48,880 nt of DNA. It comes from an uncultured Campylobacterales bacterium. Lineage in GTDB: Bacteria > Campylobacterota > Campylobacteria > Campylobacterales > Sulfurovaceae. The DNA is taken from the NCBI GenBank assembly GCA_964628135.1, contig CAZVPN010000001.1, positions 1-48,880 on the forward strand, in the 5' to 3' direction. The notes beneath the pieces were generated by a model. The model was not told where the DNA came from. It saw nothing but the letters and a program-made list of their open reading frames with translations, and made no database searches. The translations under genes and the position numbers were made by a program. The first letter of the stretch is position 1. Each line of letters begins with the position of its first letter. Positions 9,392 through 19,329 of this stretch are shown piece after piece.

Positions 9392-10914
9392 TAGAGAGAT
9401 TGTATCTTAAGGAGCTGATAGGTTTTGAGAGTGTGGATTTGGAATTTGACGACTCTCTGGTGGTGTTTAGCGGTCCATCAGGAGCCGGCAAATCAGTTTT
9501 GATGGGGGCAGTATTGGCTGCTTTTGGTGTAACAAATGCAGAATCCAGCCTGTGTGAAGTAGAGATAAAAAAGCCAAAGATGCTCGAGAGTGAGCAGTTT
9601 GAAATAGAGAATGAGAGCATTATCAAAACTATCAAAAAGGATAGAGTCAGATACTATCTAAATGAGCAGAATATTTCAAGAAAAATGCTTAAAGAGCTCT
9701 TCTCTCCATACATAAACTATCTTAGCGTCAGAGACAAAAGTGGCTTTGAGAGCGACAAGCTAATAGAGGCAATAGATAGATTTATAGTATCAAACAACAG
9801 TGCATACGGCAAGGATTTGACAGATTTTGCCGACAGATATGATATCTTCCAAAGAAAAAGAGCCAAACTCCAAAAAATATTGGATGATGAGAAGAGATTG
9901 TTTGATCTGATAGAGTTTGCCAGGTTTGAGGTGAACAAAATAGATGAGATAGACCCAAAGATAGGCGAAGAGGAGGAGCTGCTGCAGCTCAAAAAAAAGC
10001 TTTCCAAAGTCGATAAGATCAATGAAACAGCTTCGCAGGTAGATGAGATATTTGCACTTGAAGGCAGCATTGGCACACTTTTTGATCTTATTGAGAAGGA
10101 TGGCAGCTATATGTGGGATGCACTCAACCAACTTAGATCAGATATTGAGCAGAGCAGGGATCTGGCAGCAGAACTCGAAGAGATGGATGTAGAGCAGATG
10201 CTTGATAGATTAGAGAAGCTAAACGAACTCAAAAACAGATACGGATCTATCGAGGATGCGCTTGAGCACAGAGAGCGAAAGCTTCAAGAGCTGGAGAGTT
10301 ATGAGCATATAGAGAGTGACAAGAGTGAGCTTGAAAGTTTTGTAGAGTCAGAGCGTCAAGAGCTGGAGAAACTAGCAGAGAGTATCCATGAAAAACGTAT
10401 AAAAAATTCTGAAAAACTTGCCGAAGATATCAATCTGTATCTATCCAAGCTCAAACTCCCTAAAATGCATTTTGTGTTTGAGAAGACTGAACTCGCCCGC
10501 GATGGCATAAGCAGTGTCGATATCGCCCTTGACGGCTCTCAGACCTCTACGCTAAGCGGAGGCGAATTTAATAGACTCAGATTGTCCCTAATGGTTGCTT
10601 CGTTGCGCAGTTCTGATACAAAAGAGGGAGTGATCATCCTAGATGAGATAGATGCCAATGTCAGCGGCGATGAGTCTATCGCAATTGCCGATATGCTATC
10701 TAGGCTTGCCGAGCACTATCAGATATTTGCCATATCGCATCAGCCGCATCTTTCATCCAAAGCAAACCAACATATTCTGGTAGAGAAGAGCGACGGCAAA
10801 AGCATTGCCAAGGTGCTTGACAAAGATGGAAGAGTAAAAGAGATATCGCGTATCATAGGTGGCCAGATGCCGACAGATGAAGCTGTGGCTTTGGCCAAAA
10901 AAATGATAGAGTAG
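9388..10914 (+). CDS. recN: DNA repair protein RecN (short form)
   Basis: Walker A GPSGAGKS, a long coiled-coil middle and the signature LSGGEFNR. The TTG start overlaps the nadK TGA (cTTTGA). The N-terminus MIERLYLKEL is typical of the family. Confidence 0.9.
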   Translation: MIERLYLKELIGFESVDLEFDDSLVVFSGPSGAGKSVLMGAVLAAFGVTNAESSLCEVEIKKPKMLESEQFEIENESIIKTIKKDRVRYYLNEQNISRKMLKELFSPYINYLSVRDKSGFESDKLIEAIDRFIVSNNSAYGKDLTDFADRYDIFQRKRAKLQKILDDEKRLFDLIEFARFEVNKIDEIDPKIGEEEELLQLKKKLSKVDKINETASQVDEIFALEGSIGTLFDLIEKDGSYMWDALNQLRSDIEQSRDLAAELEEMDVEQMLDRLEKLNELKNRYGSIEDALEHRERKLQELESYEHIESDKSELESFVESERQELEKLAESIHEKRIKNSEKLAEDINLYLSKLKLPKMHFVFEKTELARDGISSVDIALDGSQTSTLSGGEFNRLRLSLMVASLRSSDTKEGVIILDEIDANVSGDESIAIADMLSRLAEHYQIFAISHQPHLSSKANQHILVEKSDGKSIAKVLDKDGRVKEISRIIGGQMPTDEAVALAKKMIE

Positions 10915-10926
10915 GCGGTGATAGTT

Positions 10927-11697
10927 ATGATTATAGATACACATATACATTTGGATGATGAGAGATACAAGGATGATCTAAATGAGGTGATAAATAGAGC
11001 CAAACAAAATGGAGTCGAGAAGTTTATAGTCCCGGCTGCCGATCCCGATACATTGATGAGAGCCGTGGGAATCGCACAAGAGTATGATGATGTCTATTTT
11101 GCAGTAGGGGTACATCCGTATGAAGCCAAAAAGTATGATAGAGCACTGCTTGAAAAGTATATCGTGCATCCAAAGTGTGTGGCGGTAGGTGAGTGTGGGC
11201 TTGATTACTTTAGATTGCCAAAAGATGAAGATGAGATCGCCAAGGAAAAAGAGCTACAAAAGAGAATCTTTGTAGATCAGATAGAGCTTGCCAAGAGCTA
11301 CGATAAGCCGCTTATCGTACATATAAGAGATGCAAGCAGAGACTCTCAGGCGATTTTAGAGGATTTGGCAGGAGAGCGGGGTGGAGTTTTGCACTGCTTC
11401 AATGCAGATCATGAGCTCGTCAAGCTATCTGATAGAGGATTTTACTTTGGTATCGGCGGTGTCTTGACATTTAAAAACGCCAAGAAGCTTGTGGAGATAT
11501 ACCCAAGACTTCCAAAAGATAAGCTCCTTATAGAGACTGACGGTCCATATCTGACTCCGCATCCTCATAGAGGAGAGCGAAACGAGCCGGCATACTGCAC
11601 TCTAGTAGCCGAAAAGATGGCAGAGCTTAGCCAACTAAGCAGAGCTGAGATAGAGGATTTGACCACAAAAAATGCTATGAGACTATTTGGTATATGA
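10927..11697 (+). CDS. TatD family metal-dependent hydrolase/DNase
   Basis: MIIDTHIHLDD N-terminus, GECGLDY and ETDGPYLTP motifs. An alternative GTG start lies at 10918. Confidence 0.9.
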   Translation: MIIDTHIHLDDERYKDDLNEVINRAKQNGVEKFIVPAADPDTLMRAVGIAQEYDDVYFAVGVHPYEAKKYDRALLEKYIVHPKCVAVGECGLDYFRLPKDEDEIAKEKELQKRIFVDQIELAKSYDKPLIVHIRDASRDSQAILEDLAGERGGVLHCFNADHELVKLSDRGFYFGIGGVLTFKNAKKLVEIYPRLPKDKLLIETDGPYLTPHPHRGERNEPAYCTLVAEKMAELSQLSRAEIEDLTTKNAMRLFGI

Positions 11698-12776
11698 TGC
11701 GCAAAATTATCTTGTTGCTTTTGTTGTTGCTTGGCACTACAGATGCACTAAATATCGCCCAAAAATATCCAAGCTATGAGTATGTATTGTCTCAGCTTGA
11801 TATAGATAAGGGCTATATTGCAAATTCAGATTTTGTCAATTTTGTTACCAAAAATGAGAATAAATTTAGACGATTTTATATCAACTCCACCAAAAGGGGC
11901 AAAAAAATTATGCCCATTTTTGGCGATATGCTTGCCAAGGGTGGATTGAGTCATCTTTTTATCTATATGTCTATGACCGAGTCTGGTTTCAAAGCCAATG
12001 CAAAATCAAGCAAGCAAGCAGCCGGTATGTGGCAGTTTATGTCTGCTACGGCACAGCTGTATGGGCTGAAGGTAAACAGATATGTAGATCAAAGATATGA
12101 TCCTCTTGCATCTACAAATGCAGCGATGAGATACATAAGGGCGCTTTATCGAAAATTTGGCAAGTGGTATCTGGTGATGATGGCATACAATGCAGGCGAG
12201 GGTAGAATAGCAAGATCTATCAAAAGGGCAAGAAGTGATAGTTTTGAAGTGCTGATGGATCCAAAAAAGCAGTATATACCATTTGAGACGAGACGCTATC
12301 TGCAAAAGATCATACTACTCTCTATGATGGGCGAACATATTGTCAAAAGTGACAACAGAGAGGATCAAAAACTCAAAAAGAAAATTATAGATGACAAAGT
12401 ATTTGTAAACATTTATGCCGGAACCGACTTGATGGATTTTGTAGAGAAGCTTCATATGAGACTTGACAAGTTTTTTGATATGAATCCACAACTACATGAC
12501 TATATCATCCCCAAAGATATGTTTGTGCTTCAAGTCAAGATCCCCAAAGAGCTTTTTGGCAGATATAAAGCCTTTTATAAGCCTCCTACGGTCAAAGAGA
12601 TATTTGCTGCCAATGGCTATGATAAGCTGATCGCCCATGTTGTCAAAGAGGGAGATGGTGTCAAATCTGTAGCGAGAGAGTATGGAGTAACTCCTATGGA
12701 TCTAATCATTATCAACGAACTATCAAGCCCCAAGCTTAAAAAAGGGACAATTTTGATGATACCGACTACAGATTAG
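11694..12776 (+). CDS. Lytic transglycosylase (SLT domain) with C-terminal LysM domain, MltD-like
   Basis: Signal peptide, SLT motifs (TESGF, AGMWQFM, AYNAGEG) and C-terminal LysM (HVVKEGDGVKSVAREYGVTPMDLIIINEL). Confidence 0.85.
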   Translation: MMRKIILLLLLLLGTTDALNIAQKYPSYEYVLSQLDIDKGYIANSDFVNFVTKNENKFRRFYINSTKRGKKIMPIFGDMLAKGGLSHLFIYMSMTESGFKANAKSSKQAAGMWQFMSATAQLYGLKVNRYVDQRYDPLASTNAAMRYIRALYRKFGKWYLVMMAYNAGEGRIARSIKRARSDSFEVLMDPKKQYIPFETRRYLQKIILLSMMGEHIVKSDNREDQKLKKKIIDDKVFVNIYAGTDLMDFVEKLHMRLDKFFDMNPQLHDYIIPKDMFVLQVKIPKELFGRYKAFYKPPTVKEIFAANGYDKLIAHVVKEGDGVKSVAREYGVTPMDLIIINELSSPKLKKGTILMIPTTD

Positions 12777-12834
12777 TGCTTTTTAATAAATAGTTATGTA
12801 TAATTGATATTAAAAAATGAGAAAAGATGAAAAT

Positions 12835-13596
12835 ATGAAAATCAGATTACTGTTTTTGCCACTACTTTTTATGCTGCTGCTTCTGAGCGGATGCTCTCAA
12901 AAAAGATACCACACGAGCAAAGCAAGATATAAAGCCACTATGCGACCATACACGGTTCACGGCAAAAGATATAGACCAACATATGTCAGAGTAGGTGATA
13001 CGATGAGAGGGGTCTCAAGCTGGTATGGACCAAACTTTCACGGTCATCAGACAAGCAACGGTGAGCGATACAATATGTATGGCATGACGGCCGCTCACAA
13101 GACCTGGCCAATGGATACTATGGTCAGAGTGCAAAATCTAAAAAACGGCAAGAGTGTAGTGGTGCGCATCAATGACAGAGGACCTTTTGTAAGCGGCAGG
13201 ATACTTGACTGCTCATACGCAGCGGGCAAAGCGATAGGACTGGACAAAAGCGGTATCGCACCGGTCAAGCTAACGGTGCTTGGGTTTGCCGGCAAGATAT
13301 ATCATATCCCAAAAGCCACTCCGAGTCAGCCAAAAGCTGCTTCGGCTGCATCTTTGCCGGCTGTTCGCTTGACAAACTTTGCTATTCAGGTCGGCGCATT
13401 TAGGCGATATGAGGGTGCTGTAATATATCAGAAAAAATATCAAGCTATCAGTCCGGATAGAAAAGTGATCATAAAGAAGTTTGATGTGGACGGTGCACCT
13501 TTGTATAGGGTATGGGTGACAGGGTTTGGCTCAGAAGATGAGGCAAATGACTTCAAGTCGACAAATGGAATTAGCGGCTTCTTGATTAGACCATAG
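12835..13596 (+). CDS. rlpA: Septal ring lytic transglycosylase RlpA family lipoprotein (DPBB + SPOR)
   Basis: Lipobox LLLSGC. DPBB domain (SWYGPNFHGHQTSNGERYNM...RINDRGPF). C-terminal SPOR domain (FAIQVGAF...YRVWVTGF). Extended -10 TGTATAAT at 12797-12804 favours ATG 12835 over ATG 12817. Confidence 0.9.
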   Translation: MKIRLLFLPLLFMLLLLSGCSQKRYHTSKARYKATMRPYTVHGKRYRPTYVRVGDTMRGVSSWYGPNFHGHQTSNGERYNMYGMTAAHKTWPMDTMVRVQNLKNGKSVVVRINDRGPFVSGRILDCSYAAGKAIGLDKSGIAPVKLTVLGFAGKIYHIPKATPSQPKAASAASLPAVRLTNFAIQVGAFRRYEGAVIYQKKYQAISPDRKVIIKKFDVDGAPLYRVWVTGFGSEDEANDFKSTNGISGFLIRP

Positions 13597-13602
13597 GAGA
13601 AA

Positions 13603-14178
13603 ATGATGATAGAAAAAAGCAGAGATACGAAAGAGACTCAAATCACGGTCAGATTGAGACTCTATGGCGAGGGAAAGAGCGATATCGATACCGGAATAGG
13701 CTTTTTGGATCATATGCTGGAGGCATTTGCCAAACACGCCTATTTGGATCTGGATGTCAAGTGCAGGGGCGACTTGCATATAGATGCTCATCATAGTGTA
13801 GAGGATATAGGTATAGTGATAGGGTCACTTCTTGGCGAAGCGATATATCCGGTTCAAAAGATAGAGAGATACGGCAATGCCACGGTGGTGATGGATGAGG
13901 CAAGTGTCAGTTGCGATATAGATTTGAGCAATAGAGCATTTTTGGTCTATGAGATGCCAATTGGCGGCAAAGTAGGCGAATTTGATGTAGAGCTTGTGGA
14001 GGAGTTTTTTAGGGCTTTGAGCTCAAATATGCCACTGACAATGCATCTGATATACAACAGAGGCAAAAACAAACATCACATCATAGAGGCAGCCTTCAAA
14101 GCCTTTGCAGTAGCACTCAGAAGAGCTATCACTCCAAATGAACGAGCGGGTGTTCCAAGTACTAAGGGTGTGCTATAA
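13603..14178 (+). CDS. hisB: Imidazoleglycerol-phosphate dehydratase
   Basis: Motifs DTGIGFLDHML, HHSVEDIGI and HHIIEAAFKAFA. Two adjacent ATGs (13603 and 13606) follow the AGGAG RBS. Confidence 0.95.
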   Translation: MMIEKSRDTKETQITVRLRLYGEGKSDIDTGIGFLDHMLEAFAKHAYLDLDVKCRGDLHIDAHHSVEDIGIVIGSLLGEAIYPVQKIERYGNATVVMDEASVSCDIDLSNRAFLVYEMPIGGKVGEFDVELVEEFFRALSSNMPLTMHLIYNRGKNKHHIIEAAFKAFAVALRRAITPNERAGVPSTKGVL

Positions 14179-14192
14179 AAATAGATTTATGT

Positions 14193-14291
14193 TGGCGAGA
14201 GGGCGGAGGAATCGAACCTCCCTCCAGACGGTCAACCGCCCAGACACGCGGGTTTGAAGCCCGGGGTGCCCACCAGGGTCACATGCCCCCC
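14193..14291 (-). tRNA. selC: tRNA-Sec (anticodon UCA)
   Basis: The reverse complement reads GGGGGGCATGTGACCCTGGTGGGCACCCCGGGCTTCAAACCCGCGTGTCTGGGCGGTTGACCGTCTGGAGGGAGGTTCGATTCCTCCGCCCTCTCGCCA (99 nt). It has a T arm GGAGG-TTCGATT-CCTCC and an encoded G-CCA 3' end. The 7-nt anticodon loop CTTCAAA has TCA at its centre. There is a 6-bp anticodon stem and a 9-bp variable-arm stem with a TTGA loop. The extended acceptor stem contains G-U pairs. A possible extended -10 TGTTAGAAT lies at 14308-14316. Confidence 0.85.
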
Positions 14292-14341
14292 AAACTCTAA
14301 AAGCACAATTCTAACAAAATGTAGATACAAAGAGAGTTAAA

Positions 14342-15265
14342 TCAATCTATAAGCTTATCGCAAAGATCAAATCTGTTATGAGTCATTAGATGCACTTTTG
14401 GATGTAGATTCATTATGCTGTCTAATATATCTTTTGAAAGCTCAAAGCCCACTTTTTGCTCATTTTTTGCTCCATCCATAGCAGCAAGATTCATCTCATC
14501 TATTATCTCTTTTGGCACCTTGATACCGGGGACCTTGTCATTGATGAAGGTTGCCGTACGCGCACTTACAATTGGAAATTGCCCCAGCACAAGCTGAGCC
14601 TCTTTTGCAGTCTCTCTGATACTTTGCTCTTTTGCCTCTTCAAATATCTCAAGCAGCAATTTTGCATTATCTGTATCATATACAGGTTGTGTGATGATAG
14701 CTCTTGCACCGTAGTTTAGCTTTTTGAGCATTCTCTTTTGGAGATTTTTCATATTTTTGGCATAAGCATCACTCACGGCAAGAGGGTAGATCGGTTTTGG
14801 TTTGGGGCTAAGCTCGCTGTTTGAATAATCCATACCGTTATTGAGCCTATAAATGATACTCAAAAGAAGCGTTGAGTCACGCTCAAGCACCCCCTTGACC
14901 TCCGGTTGATCCGAGAGCTTGGCAGGGTCACCGGTCAGAGCCAGAATCAGCCTGATATCAAAATCATTGGCACCAAGCAGGTCAGACTGCAGAGATAGCT
15001 TGTTTTTATCCCTCATACTCATAGTAGTGATTACAGGTTTGCCAAATCTCTCTTGGATCTTTATAGCAGATAGAAGTCCACTCATTTTGAGTCTTGCCAG
15101 GGGGTTGTCCGTACAGCTAAATGCCGTCACTTTTTTATCCAGCCCAATATCTTCTATCTTATCAATGATACCCTTGATGGATGCACCGTGAGGCGGTGTG
15201 ATCTCCACCGAAATAAATCTATCGTCACCGGTAAGTATTTTGCAAAATTTATCAAACATAGCCAT
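14342..15265 (-). CDS. metF: Methylenetetrahydrofolate reductase family protein
   Basis: 307 aa with an MTHFR-like TIM barrel (ISVEITPP, FSCTDNP, LALTGDP, IITQPVYD). The second ATG at 15259 has better spacing to AAAGAG. Confidence 0.85.
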   Translation of the reverse strand: MAMFDKFCKILTGDDRFISVEITPPHGASIKGIIDKIEDIGLDKKVTAFSCTDNPLARLKMSGLLSAIKIQERFGKPVITTMSMRDKNKLSLQSDLLGANDFDIRLILALTGDPAKLSDQPEVKGVLERDSTLLLSIIYRLNNGMDYSNSELSPKPKPIYPLAVSDAYAKNMKNLQKRMLKKLNYGARAIITQPVYDTDNAKLLLEIFEEAKEQSIRETAKEAQLVLGQFPIVSARTATFINDKVPGIKVPKEIIDEMNLAAMDGAKNEQKVGFELSKDILDSIMNLHPKVHLMTHNRFDLCDKLID

Positions 15266-15319
15266 CTCTTTGTCAATTTTGCTATAATTTTACCAAAATA
15301 TTGCATAGAGGTGCATGGT

Positions 15320-15946
15320 ATGGCAAAATTGGCAGTTTTGGATTTTGATTCTACATTGATGGATGGCGAGACTATCGATTTTTTTGCCAGACCTCTTGGT
15401 TTGGAGGCAGAGGTAGCTGCCATCACCGAGCAGGCTATGGCGGGAGAGTTGGATTTTTTTATGGCACTTATCTCCAGAGGCAGACTGCTCAAAGGACTTG
15501 ATGTCAATATTGCCAAAGAGATATGTGACAATCTGCCGATGATGCCGGGTGCACAAGAGGCTGTGGATGGACTCAAGGAGCAGGGATACAAGGTGGTTTG
15601 TTTTTCCGGAGGATTCAGACAGGCGACTGAACCTATGGCAAAAAAGCTTGGGCTGGATGCAGATTTTGCCAACTTTTTGTATGTCGATCCAGATGGGTAT
15701 CTCACGGGCGAAATAGGCGGAGAGATGATGTATGGCGATGCCAAAGGTGATATGCTGCTCAGACTCCAAAAACTTATGGGTATAGGTAGAGAGGATACGC
15801 TTGTCGTGGGTGACGGCGCCAATGACCTGAGCATGTTTGCCCATGCCGACATAAGAGTTGCATTTAACGCAAGAGAGATACTGAAAAAAGCAGCCACACA
15901 CACTGTAGATGTCAAAGATCTGAGAAAAATATTAGAAATATTATGA
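15320..15946 (+). CDS. serB: Phosphoserine phosphatase (HAD superfamily)
   Basis: HAD motif I DFDSTL, FSGGF and GDGANDL. The six-frame ORF start at 15188 overlaps metF. Extended -10 TGCTATAAT at 15280-15288 and AGAGG 8 nt before ATG 15320 support the shorter form. Confidence 0.9.
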   Translation: MAKLAVLDFDSTLMDGETIDFFARPLGLEAEVAAITEQAMAGELDFFMALISRGRLLKGLDVNIAKEICDNLPMMPGAQEAVDGLKEQGYKVVCFSGGFRQATEPMAKKLGLDADFANFLYVDPDGYLTGEIGGEMMYGDAKGDMLLRLQKLMGIGREDTLVVGDGANDLSMFAHADIRVAFNAREILKKAATHTVDVKDLRKILEIL

Positions 15947-17706
15947 CCCGACACTGCAGTATAAAGAATACCCTAAAAGAGGCTCTGGGCTACAAAAAAG
16001 AGCTTATTTTGGGCAATATCATTGCCATTTTGGCAACGCTTATGACGGTGACTATACCGCTATTTATCCCAATCCTTGTAGATGAGCTTTTGTTGCACAA
16101 AAAGGCAGTTATGACCGGATGGGTTGCTGAGCATATTGCTCCATTGTCTCTAACGGGATATGTTATCTTTTTCTTGCTGTTGACGCTGCTGCTTCGATTT
16201 TTGGGCTGGATACTAAATGTAGCTCAGGTCAAGACATTTTTGTCAATATCCAAAGATATCTCATACAAGCTTCGCAAAAGAGCAGTGTCGCATCTGCAAA
16301 ATGCCACTCTCAAAGAGTATGAGACGATGAGTGCAGGAGCTATCACCTCCAAGCTGGTAACCGATATATCGACAATCGATAGCTTTATAGGCACGACTGT
16401 CAGCAAATTTATCATATCTATATTGACCTTGCTGTTTACTGCTATTGTTTTGCTTGCTATTCACTGGAAGCTTGCTATTTTTATACTTGTAACCAATCCA
16501 ATCGTAGTGCTTTTTACGGCAAAGCTGGCTAGAAATGTCGGCAGACTGAAGCGGCAGGAAAACAGTGCAACAGAGATATTTCAATCCACCCTTGCAGAGA
16601 CTTTGGATCTGTTTCATCAAGTCAAAGCAGCCAACAAAGAGCAGTTCTTTTTTGATAGAGTAGAGCAAAGGGCATTGGTTCTTAGAGATACTTCGATACG
16701 CTTTGGCTACAAGAGTGAAAGAGCGATTAGACTCTCATTTTTGATATTTTTGGGCGGATATGAACTCTTTAGGGCAGTAAGCATACTTGCCGTTGCATAC
16801 AGCAGTTTGAGTGTCGGATTGATGCTGGCGATATTTGGCTATCTGTGGATAATGATGACTCCTACTCAAGATATCATAAACTTCCAATATGCACTAGCAA
16901 ATGCAAAAGCAGCCTGCAAAAGGATCAATAGTATATTTGATATGGAGAGTGAGCCAAAGGTTTTGAATCCTGTTGATCCATTTGAGGGCAAAGAAGCTGT
17001 ATCTATACAGACAAAAGATTTGAATTTTGGCTATCATAAAGATAAAAATATATTAAAAAATATTAGTATTGATATTAAAAAAGGAAAAAAGGTAGCTATT
17101 GTCGGTGCAAGCGGCTCAGGCAAGACTACATTTGCAAATATTATCGCTGGATTTTACCCTCTGAGCAACGGTGAGATTTTTTATGACAATGTAAGCAACA
17201 GATCTATAAATCTATCTACCGTCAGAGCCCATGTGCATATGATATTGCAGCATCCAAAACTTTTCAATGATACATTGAGATTCAATCTAACTCTTGGTGA
17301 TAGCTTTTCAGATGAGCAATTAGCAAATGCAGTAGAGATATCACAGCTCTCAGGTGTAGTTGATAGTTTGCAAAATGGGCTTGATACAATAGTGGGCAAA
17401 GATGGTATCAAACTAAGCGGTGGTCAGCGTCAAAGGGTGGCGATAGCAAGAATGATACTTATCGATCCTGAGGTGGTGATATTTGATGAGTCTACTTCAG
17501 CTTTGGATGTGCACACAGAGGCTAAGCTTTTTGCTCAGTTGCATGATTATCTCAAACCAAAAACAGTCATTACGATAGCTCATAGACTCAGCACTATTCA
17601 GAGTGCAGAGTATATATATGTTTTGGAGGATGGAAGATTGATAGATGAGGGCACTCCCAAAGAGTTGCTCCAAAAAGATGAGAGCTATTTTGCATCTATG
17701 ATATAG
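15943..17706 (+). CDS. ABC transporter, fused permease/ATPase (MsbA-like exporter)
   Basis: Six N-terminal transmembrane segments, Walker A GASGSGKTT, signature LSGGQRQRVAIAR and Walker B VIFDE. The start overlaps the serB stop (ATGA). Confidence 0.9.
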   Translation: MTRHCSIKNTLKEALGYKKELILGNIIAILATLMTVTIPLFIPILVDELLLHKKAVMTGWVAEHIAPLSLTGYVIFFLLLTLLLRFLGWILNVAQVKTFLSISKDISYKLRKRAVSHLQNATLKEYETMSAGAITSKLVTDISTIDSFIGTTVSKFIISILTLLFTAIVLLAIHWKLAIFILVTNPIVVLFTAKLARNVGRLKRQENSATEIFQSTLAETLDLFHQVKAANKEQFFFDRVEQRALVLRDTSIRFGYKSERAIRLSFLIFLGGYELFRAVSILAVAYSSLSVGLMLAIFGYLWIMMTPTQDIINFQYALANAKAACKRINSIFDMESEPKVLNPVDPFEGKEAVSIQTKDLNFGYHKDKNILKNISIDIKKGKKVAIVGASGSGKTTFANIIAGFYPLSNGEIFYDNVSNRSINLSTVRAHVHMILQHPKLFNDTLRFNLTLGDSFSDEQLANAVEISQLSGVVDSLQNGLDTIVGKDGIKLSGGQRQRVAIARMILIDPEVVIFDESTSALDVHTEAKLFAQLHDYLKPKTVITIAHRLSTIQSAEYIYVLEDGRLIDEGTPKELLQKDESYFASMI

Positions 17707-17864
17707 TTTCAAATAAAAAGAGTATAATACTCCATAAAATGAGTTTGACAGAGGCATTTAAGATGTCTCTTTCAAGTTCAGGTGATACTTGGACATACGG
17801 GTTAGCACCGTAGTGAGGCGAGAGCTTCGTGATATTATGTTGCCGACCTTTCAAAAGGTAGATA

Positions 17865-19253
17865 ATGACATTTCAAGATTTAGATTTTCATCGTGATCTC
17901 GCCAAAGGGGTGAGGATTGCAGGCTTCAAGGAGCCAAGCCCTATACAAAAAGAGGCGATTCCAATCATAGCCAATGGTCAGGATCTGGTAGGACAAGCCC
18001 ATACCGGCACCGGCAAAACAGCTGCTTTTGGACTTCCGATAATGGATAAGATTGCAAAAGGGGAGATAGAGCGTGCACTTGTGATCACCCCTACAAGAGA
18101 GCTTGCCACACAAGTCAGCGATGAGCTCTATCATTTGGGCAGATTTGCAGGTATTCGTACATTGACGGTGTATGGAGGCGTAGGTTACGGCAGGCAAATT
18201 GCACTCATCCACAAGGGTGTGCAGATAGTCGTAGCGACTCCGGGTAGATTAAAAGATCTATACAAAAAAGGCAAAATTGATATATTTAACCCCGAAATAG
18301 TAGTGTTGGATGAGGCAGATGAGATGCTAGATATGGGCTTTTTGGATGATATCAAAGAGATATTTGACTATATCCCGCAAAATCGCCAGACACTTCTTTT
18401 TTCTGCTACAATGCCAGAGCCCATCAAACAGCTTGCCGATCAGATACTCTATGATCCGGAATTTGTCTCGGTGGTAGGTGATGATGAAGCAACTACCAAT
18501 AATGTCATAGAGCAAAGATATATGGTCATAGATGAGAGTCAAAGAGATATTGCACTTGTAAATTTGTTGGAGAGCGAAGATTATGATAAATGCCTAATAT
18601 TTTGTCGCATGAAGCGTGAGGTAGATAGGGTAGCAGAGCACCTAAGCGCCCAGGGCTTCGCGGCACAAGGATTGCATGGAGATATGGAGCAAATAGATAG
18701 AGATGCCGTCATCAAATCATACAGAAGATCAGAGACAAAAATACTTGTGGCTACAGATGTTGCAGCAAGGGGTTTGGATGTAAAAGGGGTAACTCATGTA
18801 TTTAACTACCATATACCGTTTGATCCCCAAAGCTATGTGCATCGTATCGGCAGAACAGGCAGAGCAGGGCGATCCGGTCAGGCGATCACGCTGGTAACAA
18901 CTGATGAATTTAGAGAGTTGCAAAGAATACAAAAGGATGTAGGTGCAGATATGCATCTGGATACGCTGAAGCTTGAGAGCGGAGCTTTGTCTGATGAATC
19001 TATAAACTTCATTTTGCAAAAACTTGAAGAGACACAAATCAATCCGGAGATAGATTTGGCACTTGCAAAATTGTCAAATATGGATCAGGCACTCTTTATC
19101 AAAAAGGCTTTGTCATATATGATTTCACAGGAGCAAGCAGGCTTGGGTGTTCAAATAGGCTATAGCGAGTCTGATGTAAAGGCAATGATAAACAGCTATG
19201 AGGCTGAAGAGAAACAAACCTTCAAAAATAAAAGAAAAAAAAGAAGAAAATAG
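17865..19253 (+). CDS. DEAD-box ATP-dependent RNA helicase
   Basis: Q motif (FKEPSPIQ), AHTGTGKTAAF, DEAD, SAT, HRIGRTGRAG and a lysine-rich C-terminal tail. Confidence 0.95.
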   Translation: MTFQDLDFHRDLAKGVRIAGFKEPSPIQKEAIPIIANGQDLVGQAHTGTGKTAAFGLPIMDKIAKGEIERALVITPTRELATQVSDELYHLGRFAGIRTLTVYGGVGYGRQIALIHKGVQIVVATPGRLKDLYKKGKIDIFNPEIVVLDEADEMLDMGFLDDIKEIFDYIPQNRQTLLFSATMPEPIKQLADQILYDPEFVSVVGDDEATTNNVIEQRYMVIDESQRDIALVNLLESEDYDKCLIFCRMKREVDRVAEHLSAQGFAAQGLHGDMEQIDRDAVIKSYRRSETKILVATDVAARGLDVKGVTHVFNYHIPFDPQSYVHRIGRTGRAGRSGQAITLVTTDEFRELQRIQKDVGADMHLDTLKLESGALSDESINFILQKLEETQINPEIDLALAKLSNMDQALFIKKALSYMISQEQAGLGVQIGYSESDVKAMINSYEAEEKQTFKNKRKKRRK

Positions 19254-19329
19254 AGCTTAGATTAAGGATAGCCAAGTTAAAAAATGGTTAGAATTTGATA
19301 TCCAATTGAGAGAAGGAATAGCGACCGTT

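Noticed and set aside
15154-15954. 266-aa minus-strand ORF covering the whole serB gene
   Set aside because: It is antisense to a gene with clear HAD motifs. The product is Ser/Leu/Ala-rich low complexity with no start context. This is a typical shadow ORF.
17745-17750. TTGACA hexamer upstream of the DEAD-box helicase
   Set aside because: No -10-like hexamer lies 16-18 nt downstream (TCTTTC instead). It probably lies within the leader rather than forming a promoter.
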